Shown in pieces: positions 9,254 through 16,960 of a stretch of DNA of 21,617 nucleotides. Each line of letters begins with the position of its first letter. Positions within the stretch are counted from its first letter, which is position 1. Source of the stretch: Candidatus Latescibacterota bacterium (GTDB lineage: Bacteria; Latescibacterota; UBA2968; UBA8231); assembly GCA_965242865.1 (NCBI GenBank), contig CBDETK010000005.1, forward strand, positions 1 to 21,617, given 5' to 3'. The translations under genes and the position numbers were made by a program. A model generated the notes under the pieces. The model worked only from the letters and a program-made list of their open reading frames with translations. It did no database searches and was not told the DNA's origin.

Positions 9254-9732
9254 GATGATAACGTATGTAGTACTAGGCGTTCTCGGATCGATCACCACTC
9301 ACCATGCTCAATCAGCGGGGTTCGCAAACCCGCATGACAGACTTGATCGGCGTCGCCTCCGAATTGCCACCCCTTGACGCCGGTGGGCTGTCGAATCGGA
9401 AGTTCTTCCGGTTCCAGCAGTGGATTCAGATTGCTACTCAACCGAGCGGGTTCCGAACTTCTGCGAGATCCGCCTCGCCATGGCGCATGCAGTAGGGCAC
9501 CCCACTCGGAATACAAGTTGAATGTGTATCCACGCCAGTAACCGCGCGGAGCGCCGGTGGGGCCTTGGTCCACCACGCTCCTCGCCACGGAGTGCTTGCA
9601 GATGCACAGTGGGGTGGATCTGGCCTGCGTGGACAGCGAGGTCAACTCGGGCGATCTTGGCGCTGATGCGAACTGCACGACGTTGCTGGCTTCGGGTGGA
9701 CCGCTCCGCGCTCCGAGGGGCAGTCAGGTGAG

Positions 9733-9741
9733 TGGTACAAT
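9733..9741 (+). promoter_or_regulatory. Candidate extended -10 (TGgTACAAT) upstream of the ATPase
   Basis: TGn-TACAAT about 150 bp before ATG 9891; GGAG at 9877-9880. Confidence 0.4.
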
Positions 9742-9890
9742 CGGGTTACGGGAACGAGTCTGTCGCATGCGCCGATTGACCACTGACGCCACGAACGATC
9801 CAGCCCTTCGTGGACCTCGAGGGTTGTCATCAAGGCGATCAGTCTCTTCGGCCATGAAGGACTGCCGGTATCGAATGGAGTCTCATTCAC

Positions 9891-11165
9891 ATGATTGACC
9901 GCATACTCGTCGAGAATTTCAAGAGTTTTCGCAAACTGGACATCTCATTGGGCCGCTCCAATCTGCTCATTGGCGAGAATGGGTCCGGGAAGTCGAATTT
10001 TCTGGAAGTGTTCCTCGTTCTTCGGGGATTGAGTCGTGGACTGACCGTCAAGGAAGTCTTCGACGGAAAGCCTCTAGACGAAAACTTCAGCGGATGGCCA
10101 GGTATTCGCGGGGCGAGTGCAGGAGCATGCTTCGCGCACGAGAACTCGATAGACGAAGTGGTAATCGAGGCTCGAGGTAGGTTGGATTCACCGTTGTCGG
10201 AGAAGTGGGAATACTTGGTCAAGTTTTCACCGCAGTCTGGATCGCTTGTTCGCGAACGGTTGATACTCGACTCTACCATCCGCTATGACAGTGCCCCGGA
10301 TTCATTGGAATCCCGTCCATCGGAAGGTGCTGATCCGCTGGACAGCGACTTTCTAATCCCAAGCACTGGTGTTGGGTCCATCCTCGCACAGGTTCCACTA
10401 CACGCAATTAGAGCGCATTCCAGTTCAATATTCCAATCCAATCCGTCGGAGTATTGCAAGCAAATCAACGACAGAAAGAGTGTGTCAAGTATTGTAGAGC
10501 AGGCTAGTGAGGTAGCCGATGCACTCGCCAGCATCCTCCCATTGGACCCCTATCCAATGGTTTTACGGAAATATTCTAGTCCTAGATATGTCGAGAATAT
10601 CGGTGACAATGGAGAGAATTTTGCGGCTCTTATACAATCGATTTGTCAGCCCCTAGGGTACAAGGACTCCCTTCTTTGGTGGCTTCAGCAACTGCTTTCA
10701 GAGCAACTCACGGATGTCGGGACGATACGTGGACCAAACGGCGAATTGATGTTCATGCTGCGTGATCAATGCGGCGAAATTCCCGCCACTTGCCTAGGCG
10801 ACGGAACATTGCGATTTGCAGCCCTTCTAGCGGCATTGTTGCAGCCAGAAAAACCAAGCATGATTACATTGGACCTAGTTGAGTCAGCAGTTCACCCTAA
10901 TCGGATTCGTCTGCCGTATCTGCTGTTGTGGCATGAATCCGAGTTTCACGGTATTCAGTCCATTTCGACCACTCATTCACCGGTGATGTTCGAATGGATG
11001 CGGGAAGACGAACTAGCGACCACGTTCGTTTGCAAGAGGGATGAGTCTACAGGTGAGTCTCGGATCGTTCCCGTGCCTGAAGTCCCTCACTTTATGGAGT
11101 GCTTCAGAAAAGGTGCTCGTACCTCAGATATGTTGGCCGATTCGTGGTTTGAGTTCGAATTATGA
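9891..11165 (+). CDS. ABC/AAA-family ATPase (AAA_15/AAA_21, COG4637-like) with degenerate motifs, 424 aa
   Basis: IDRILVENFKSF, Walker A IGENGSGKSN, GENFAALI, signature-like LGDGTLRF, Walker B region ITLDLVESAVHP, H-loop TTHSP. GC content is lower than the flanks. Confidence 0.85.
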   Translation: MIDRILVENFKSFRKLDISLGRSNLLIGENGSGKSNFLEVFLVLRGLSRGLTVKEVFDGKPLDENFSGWPGIRGASAGACFAHENSIDEVVIEARGRLDSPLSEKWEYLVKFSPQSGSLVRERLILDSTIRYDSAPDSLESRPSEGADPLDSDFLIPSTGVGSILAQVPLHAIRAHSSSIFQSNPSEYCKQINDRKSVSSIVEQASEVADALASILPLDPYPMVLRKYSSPRYVENIGDNGENFAALIQSICQPLGYKDSLLWWLQQLLSEQLTDVGTIRGPNGELMFMLRDQCGEIPATCLGDGTLRFAALLAALLQPEKPSMITLDLVESAVHPNRIRLPYLLLWHESEFHGIQSISTTHSPVMFEWMREDELATTFVCKRDESTGESRIVPVPEVPHFMECFRKGARTSDMLADSWFEFEL

Positions 11166-11329
11166 TCGTCGCATAGTTGAATACCTGCATAGTAAGTGGA
11201 TCGGGAAAAGGCTGGGCGGCGAACTTCAGCATCGCAAGGGCTGGGCAGCAGGGATTGCGTAGGGACTCGGACTACCCAGAATCAAGGCAACCGGATGCTG
11301 AGGCCGGGTTCATGGCGAAGACCGTTTCG

Positions 11330-11338
11330 TGGTATACT
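11330..11338 (+). promoter_or_regulatory. Candidate extended -10 (TGgTATACT) for the Cdh-like gene
   Basis: TGn-TATACT about 40 bp upstream of ATG 11378. Confidence 0.5.
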
Positions 11339-11377
11339 CTTGTGAGGTAGGACGCGTCCAAGGATGCTGTGTGTGGA

Positions 11378-11968
11378 ATGAGTCGGCGACCTCGATCACG
11401 GTCAGCACGCGGCGGTCTCCGTCATCGTTGGCTTGCACTGGCGACCCTTGGTTTGTTTACACTCGTTCCGATCATTCCAATGCCCGTTGTCAACTGTCCC
11501 TGCGACCATGCGCGATCTGTGAGCATGAAGAGCCGTGTCTGCTCCCTCTGCCGCACGGCTGAAGAAGCGACCGACGAGATTTACTTCCTCAAGGACATCA
11601 ACCCGAGGAAGCCCAACCGGTACTTGGCGCTTCCCAAGACCCACGACCACGGATTCCAGTCCACCATCCATCTTCCTCGCAAGTTACGCAACGAGCTTTG
11701 GAAGCGTGCGATCCAGCGCGCTGAGGAACTCTATCCCGGTCGATGGGGGCTGGCGCAGAACAGCCACTTTTTCCGCACCCAGTGCCACGCTCATATCCAC
11801 ATCGGACCTTTGAGCCCTGAAGTCGTGGACGAAGGCGGGAGAGTCTATGCGACGGTTGAGGACATGCCAGACGTCGGGCCAGCCCAAGGGATCTGGCTCC
11901 ACCCGAAGGATGGTCAGTACTGCGTGCATCTCGACCGAGACCTTGCCGAAATCGTGCTCGTCAGGTGA
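11378..11968 (+). CDS. Membrane-anchored HIT-like hydrolase resembling CDP-diacylglycerol pyrophosphatase (Cdh family)
   Basis: N-terminal TM (WLALATLGLFTLVPIIP), FLKD...YLALP, LWKRA and GLAQNSHFFRTQCHAHIHI, matching the Cdh-type NS...RTQxHxHIHI histidine triad. Start is ATG 11378 or GTG 11369. Confidence 0.65.
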   Translation: MSRRPRSRSARGGLRHRWLALATLGLFTLVPIIPMPVVNCPCDHARSVSMKSRVCSLCRTAEEATDEIYFLKDINPRKPNRYLALPKTHDHGFQSTIHLPRKLRNELWKRAIQRAEELYPGRWGLAQNSHFFRTQCHAHIHIGPLSPEVVDEGGRVYATVEDMPDVGPAQGIWLHPKDGQYCVHLDRDLAEIVLVR

Positions 11969-12426
11969 CAGAGGCGATTCGAGGCGCAGGGGGCATGACC
12001 TTTTGCGGATTTCTAGCTGGTGGCCGCGGGCGCGGATGGTCTAGGAAACTCTGGTCGGATCCGATTGGGTCGCCCAGCCGGGGCGAATCGGATCGCTCGT
12101 ATAACTGCGGTCACAGGTGCCTCGGCCGCGACGAGGACGCTCTCGCCGAATGTCACGCGTTACGTATGGAATGGCGGTCCCTGCCGACCGGCCGCCGTGA
12201 TGGGCCTCCCGGGAGCCGAGTGTTTATGCTTGCGAGGTGCGCCAGAACCAAACTCGCCCGGCCCGACCTGCTAGGGCACTCATTGACGGGACCCGACCCC
12301 GTTGGTGCCAACCAAGATCACCTACACGGTCGCTGGCTGGTTGCCACCCTTCGCCAAGCGTCCAGCGCAATCCAGAGTCCTCGTTTCGCAAGCCCTCATC
12401 GCGAATCGTCCGCCCGGTACTCGATC

Positions 12427-15400
12427 TCAGTTCAGGTCGTCTGCGACTTTGCCGGAGACTGTGGGTTCTGTGGCGATCCGCTCCCGCCACCCCTCTATCT
12501 TGGCCGCGTCGAGGCCAAGGACCGTTGCGGCAGCATCGTCTAGCTCGGCGCGGACAGCGCACTTGTGCATATTCGGCCAAGGCAGCATCTGGGTATCACC
12601 CAGTTTGACAAAGACGTCCACCAGCGGACCCAAGTCCACCTTCTTCGGATCTGGGACAGGGATCGAGCGAAGCTGGTCGAGCGAGTAGGAAGCATACGTT
12701 AGTTTCTTCTGGCGCCGGTTCAGCCACGACAGCGCGGCAGGAGTCGAGTTCAGGTAGGCGCACCACGCCTGAAGTGCTTCCGCCGGATCCGAGACCCCGT
12801 CAAGGGGCGTGACAGGAATGAACGGCTGCCCCAATGCCGGTCTTTCCAAATGGATCGCCGCTACTCGGATGGCCTGCGGGTTTATCTTGCTGGCCACCAG
12901 CATCTTGCTGGCCTTCGGCCAGAGCACATCGGTCGCGTAGTCGTACTTGGATTCTTTGGGGGATGTTGCGTAGTCCGAGAACGAGCGCATGGTGGTTCGG
13001 TCGCTCGTCTTGTGGGTCCAGACAACGTCATAGGACGGATCCGCTTGGCGAACGCCCTTCAGCGGATTCTCGAACGCATCTTGTAGCCGCTGTCCGCCCG
13101 GTTCAACTAACGCCACCTGTCCCAACGGAACAAGTCGTACATGACCGTCGAGATCCTTGGAAACCTCCGCTAGTGAGCCATCGTAGAATTGGCACGGCGT
13201 CCAGTCTCCTTCCACGACCCTCTCGCGTGGCCACTCATAAACTCGGTGCCCCCCCCCCACCGCCCTGTAACTGTGCGCTTCTGCCAGCCATTCGGCCACT
13301 TCCGAGGAAGTCCGTGGCATCTTGTTGAGCGAGACGAAGAGAGTCGGATTCTCGCTCGTTTCCTTGTTCCGGCGACGACAGATCAGCAGGGACTCATGGA
13401 TCGCGGTGTTCACCGAGAAGTTCGGATACTTCGGATCGTGGCTAGTCACGATCATGTCAACGTGGAAGTGCTGTGCAAGGTACTTGCGCTCCGCTACGCC
13501 CGATGTGCTCGTGCAGGCTGTCGTCGGCAAGACCTTGCCGAGCACTCCTCGATCCTTGCTCAGCAGCGCATTCGCGAGCGGCGTGAAGAATGTACGGACG
13601 CTGTTCACATCGATCATCTCCGATGCATCTCTGTCGGCCGACTCGATCTGACCCTTGATCTGAAGCTCTCGGGCCTGCATTCGCCTCTTGTCTTGCTGGC
13701 TGTATTTCGCCGCACGTTTGACGTTGTTCGTAAACGGTGGATTCATCAGAATCACATCGACCGAACCGATGGCCGGCACCTTAGAGGCAGGCGAATCAGG
13801 CGTGGAGACCTCCGCTTCCTTCACGTGGCTGAGTAGGTCGAGCTGCTCGCTGCTGCCCAAGGCCTTGGGCAGTAGGTCTACGCTACCGAGCGCCACAGTG
13901 CCGTTCGCTTGGGGGCCATGCTGTAGCGTGAGGATGTTCATGGCGTCATAGTCGACGCTCGGAGCCCCGAGCGTAAGATTGGACGCGGCAAGCTGAGTCG
14001 CTTGATAGTTGATGTCGAGCCCGAAAATCGAATTCTCCACCAGTGCCTTGTGAACTCCAGAGACACCCTCTGGAGTGATCGGCACCTCTGAGGCGGCAGC
14101 CATCCTGTCCTTGACGGTCTTGAGTGCGGCCATCAGCAGAGACCCCGTCCCGCAAGCGGGGTCTAGGATTCGTAGACCCGTCGCTTGGTTCCGGTCTGAC
14201 CAGTCCACTAAATCAGGACTCAGTGCCAAGCCCGCAAGCATGAGCGCGGAGATGTTGTCCGTGTAATACGCTCCGTCGCTCTCCGCGCTGCTGAGGATCT
14301 TGTGGTAGAGCGGGCCAGCGTGGTCATACCCGAGGTCGGCCACAGTGTCCGAAATGCGACCGATCTCCGAGGCGAGGATCTGAGTCGCCGGCTTCAGGCT
14401 CTCAAACGACGGTGAGTTCTCGATGATCGACAGTGCCGGCTGAAACACCGGCTTGTAGTCCCTTTCCAGAACTTTGTCCCACGCTTCAGCAAGCATGTCC
14501 GCTGGTTCTTCAGAGCGTCCGATCGCCGTGAGTTCTGGCAGGGCCTCGAACTTCGGGGACTCGGCTTGCAGTCGTCGGTGGAGCAGGCAGGCGTTGCATA
14601 GTAGCAATGCCGCGGTTGTCGAGACCTCCTTGTCCTTGACGCCGGTCAGATCCAACGCGGCCCGAAGCGAGTCGAGCAGACCGACGTTTTCCTCGATGCG
14701 CCTAGCGGCCATCCGCACCGCGCTAGCGATTTCGTCCGCGGTGATCTGGCCAGGCCGGCCTAGACCTGATGACGCCACGACCTTGGCAAAGATGCCCGGT
14801 TCCACGGACTGAAAAGTGAATGATTCCTGGATGCGTTCGGGATTCTCGTCGTCCTCGTCGCCACCGCCCGGCGGGGGATCTTTGTCGCCTCCGTTTCCTC
14901 CCTCCGGCATCTGCACGTCGATAAAGGTGGCGGGCGACTCGGCCAGCCTCTCGTCATGAGATTGCAGGGCTCGCAATACGGATCCGATATGGCGGTAATC
15001 GTCGGTCCGCTGCTCAAGCAGTTTCGCGATATCCCCCTCGCCCTCGGGCACGTATACGGGAACCACGACGTAGCCGCGCGCTTTGCCGGGAGCCTTTCGC
15101 ATGACTCGGCCGACTGCCTGCACGATGTCGATGTGGCTTTGTTTCGGGTCGAGGAACGACACCGCTTCGAGAGCGGGCACATCCACTCCCTCGCTAAAGA
15201 CCTTGACGTTGCAGATCATGCGCGCTTGATCCCGCTTGGGTGCGTCGTTCAGCCACCGGCGCTCTTGGTTGCGCTTGAGCGCTGTGTTCGTGCCGTCCAA
15301 GTGACGCGCCTCTAGCTCGGCGCGCTTGCCGCGCTGGCTCATGACCCTTGTCACTCGAAGCTTGAGGGCCCGATTGTCATTGATCGTTTCGGTGAACCAC

Positions 15401-16914
15401 TTGGACCGCGCGATCGTCGAGGCGAAAGCAATGCTGCGCGAAAGTCGACCGGGTGCTTCCTGCCCCTCGACCACGCCGTTCAGGGCGAGCATCGTGCCGA
15501 GGAGTCGGCACAGGTCCATCTGCGAGACTCGCGCCGGGACGTTGTTGCCTTGCAGTGCGCTTCTGATTCCCGGTGACAGCTGACTATCGCGGATTCCCAG
15601 CACGATCACGCGATAGTCCGAGAGTTCGCCCGCGACCACCGCCTCGGAGAACTTGACGTGGTGCAGCAACGGCCCATACACATCCACGTCGGACATATGC
15701 ACGACCTCATATTTCAAGCCGTACTTTTTCGCGGACTTCTTTGCTGCCGCAATGGATCGTTCGGAGTAGATCCGTTGCGTGGCCGTCATATAAAGCCGCT
15801 TGGATGCTTGGAGCTTCGCCCCGTCGTGGAAAGTCTGGAAATCGACCCTATTCTTGCCCGTGACGTCCTCATGGGCGACGCCCGTCGTTCGATGGGCCTC
15901 GTCGGCAATCGCTAGGTCGAAGGGAGGTGCTTGGAAATCCAGTTGGGCATCACAAACCTTACGGAGGGAGTGATAGGTACAAAACACAACGGTGACATGC
16001 TGTCCGCTTGCCCGGAGGCGTGTCGCGATCTTGTTCGGCTTGGAGATTACGTCGCATGTGAGTTCGCTCACGCCTGTGTCGTACTCATCGCCGCGCCCGC
16101 CAGCAGTCTCGTCGGAGCACACCACCATGGCCGACATCTTTCGCGTGGTGTGTGTCAGCCATTCTTTCCGCGCTTGCGAAACGAGCGCGATTGTCGGAGC
16201 TGCGAAGAGGATTCGCCCGTTGTCAGGAACCATGCGCTCGGCTAGTCGCAATGCAGTGAACGTCTTTCCCGTCCCACAAGCCATGACGAGTCTGCCCCGG
16301 TCATTGCTTTGGGTCACGAGCCCGTCGTACACCGCGTCGATAGCGCTCTGCTGTAGCGGCTTCGGGTAGCGCTCGCTGTCGGGCTTCTTGAGCTCGCGAA
16401 TCGTGCGATGGCGAAAGTCCAGAAAATCAATACGCCGCACCCGAGGGTTCAAGCCCTTGATTGCCCGCTCGGCGGCTGAATTCCAGCCGGTGGTGGAGAC
16501 GATCCAGCGCAACCCGAAAGCATCCCGCGAGGACTCGGCGAGGAAGCTATCGATGTCTCGCTTGGACACCAAGTGACCCTCCGAATAGCACTTGCACTGA
16601 ATGGCCACCGTAATGCCGTCGTTCAGTTGCGCCACTAGATCGATGCCGTGGTCGCGGCCGTCAAGGCCCGTCCGCTTCTCGCGATCCGGCCAGTCGCGCC
16701 AGGGCCAGATCTCAGCGGCGTCGAAATCGGGGTTGTCCGTGACAACCGCCATGAAGAGGTGTTCGAACCACCGCCCCTTCTCCGATTCGCTGGTAGCCTC
16801 CGCGAAGATGCGATCCAGCACGTCTCCGACGAGTTCGTTGGGCCGCAGGTCGAAGGCCTCCTGCTCGGGACCAGCGTCACCGCGAAAACCGAGAGATTGG
16901 TTAATGAGGGCCAT
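12427..16914 (-). CDS. Single-polypeptide Type ISP-like restriction-modification enzyme (Mrr-type nuclease + SF2 helicase + N6-adenine MTase + TRD), ~1495 aa
   Basis: EKGRWFE...DHGIDLVA...IQCKCY (Mrr-like nuclease). MACGTGKT, DEAH, MTAT, SEGVDVP, QAVGRVMRK (SF2 motifs). GAYYT, ILDPACGTG, NPPF (gamma-class m6A MTase). The ORF-track start at 17313 overlaps the upstream gene, so ATG 16914 is preferred. Confidence 0.9.
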   Translation of the reverse strand: MALINQSLGFRGDAGPEQEAFDLRPNELVGDVLDRIFAEATSESEKGRWFEHLFMAVVTDNPDFDAAEIWPWRDWPDREKRTGLDGRDHGIDLVAQLNDGITVAIQCKCYSEGHLVSKRDIDSFLAESSRDAFGLRWIVSTTGWNSAAERAIKGLNPRVRRIDFLDFRHRTIRELKKPDSERYPKPLQQSAIDAVYDGLVTQSNDRGRLVMACGTGKTFTALRLAERMVPDNGRILFAAPTIALVSQARKEWLTHTTRKMSAMVVCSDETAGGRGDEYDTGVSELTCDVISKPNKIATRLRASGQHVTVVFCTYHSLRKVCDAQLDFQAPPFDLAIADEAHRTTGVAHEDVTGKNRVDFQTFHDGAKLQASKRLYMTATQRIYSERSIAAAKKSAKKYGLKYEVVHMSDVDVYGPLLHHVKFSEAVVAGELSDYRVIVLGIRDSQLSPGIRSALQGNNVPARVSQMDLCRLLGTMLALNGVVEGQEAPGRLSRSIAFASTIARSKWFTETINDNRALKLRVTRVMSQRGKRAELEARHLDGTNTALKRNQERRWLNDAPKRDQARMICNVKVFSEGVDVPALEAVSFLDPKQSHIDIVQAVGRVMRKAPGKARGYVVVPVYVPEGEGDIAKLLEQRTDDYRHIGSVLRALQSHDERLAESPATFIDVQMPEGGNGGDKDPPPGGGDEDDENPERIQESFTFQSVEPGIFAKVVASSGLGRPGQITADEIASAVRMAARRIEENVGLLDSLRAALDLTGVKDKEVSTTAALLLCNACLLHRRLQAESPKFEALPELTAIGRSEEPADMLAEAWDKVLERDYKPVFQPALSIIENSPSFESLKPATQILASEIGRISDTVADLGYDHAGPLYHKILSSAESDGAYYTDNISALMLAGLALSPDLVDWSDRNQATGLRILDPACGTGSLLMAALKTVKDRMAAASEVPITPEGVSGVHKALVENSIFGLDINYQATQLAASNLTLGAPSVDYDAMNILTLQHGPQANGTVALGSVDLLPKALGSSEQLDLLSHVKEAEVSTPDSPASKVPAIGSVDVILMNPPFTNNVKRAAKYSQQDKRRMQARELQIKGQIESADRDASEMIDVNSVRTFFTPLANALLSKDRGVLGKVLPTTACTSTSGVAERKYLAQHFHVDMIVTSHDPKYPNFSVNTAIHESLLICRRRNKETSENPTLFVSLNKMPRTSSEVAEWLAEAHSYRAVGGGHRVYEWPRERVVEGDWTPCQFYDGSLAEVSKDLDGHVRLVPLGQVALVEPGGQRLQDAFENPLKGVRQADPSYDVVWTHKTSDRTTMRSFSDYATSPKESKYDYATDVLWPKASKMLVASKINPQAIRVAAIHLERPALGQPFIPVTPLDGVSDPAEALQAWCAYLNSTPAALSWLNRRQKKLTYASYSLDQLRSIPVPDPKKVDLGPLVDVFVKLGDTQMLPWPNMHKCAVRAELDDAAATVLGLDAAKIEGWRERIATEPTVSGKVADDLN
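13249..13258 (-). repeat. G10 homopolymer in the RM coding sequence (C10 on plus strand)
   Basis: Coding strand GTG GGG GGG GGG CAC = V-G-G-G-H; currently in frame. Confidence 0.95.
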
Positions 16915-16920
16915 GTTACT

Positions 16921-16931
16921 GGGGGGGGGGG
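16921..16931 (-). repeat. C11 homopolymer 6 bp upstream of the RM start codon (G11 on plus strand)
   Basis: Coding strand ...GTCAATCCG-C11-AGTAAC-ATG. Confidence 0.95.
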
Positions 16932-16960
16932 CGGATTGACTGTCGCCTTGGACGCGGGGA

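Noticed and set aside
9557-9898. Plus-strand ORF with LLATECLQMHSGVDL, faintly like a helicase motif V
   Set aside because: The spacing is wrong, no other helicase motifs are present, and the frame runs through the candidate ATPase promoter.
12123-12139. Short similarity between TCGGCCGCGACGAGGAC and the RM 3' end (TTGGCCGCGTCGAGGCC near 12500)
   Set aside because: Only 14/17 matches in GC-rich sequence and it does not extend; not evidence of a TRD cassette or recombination site.
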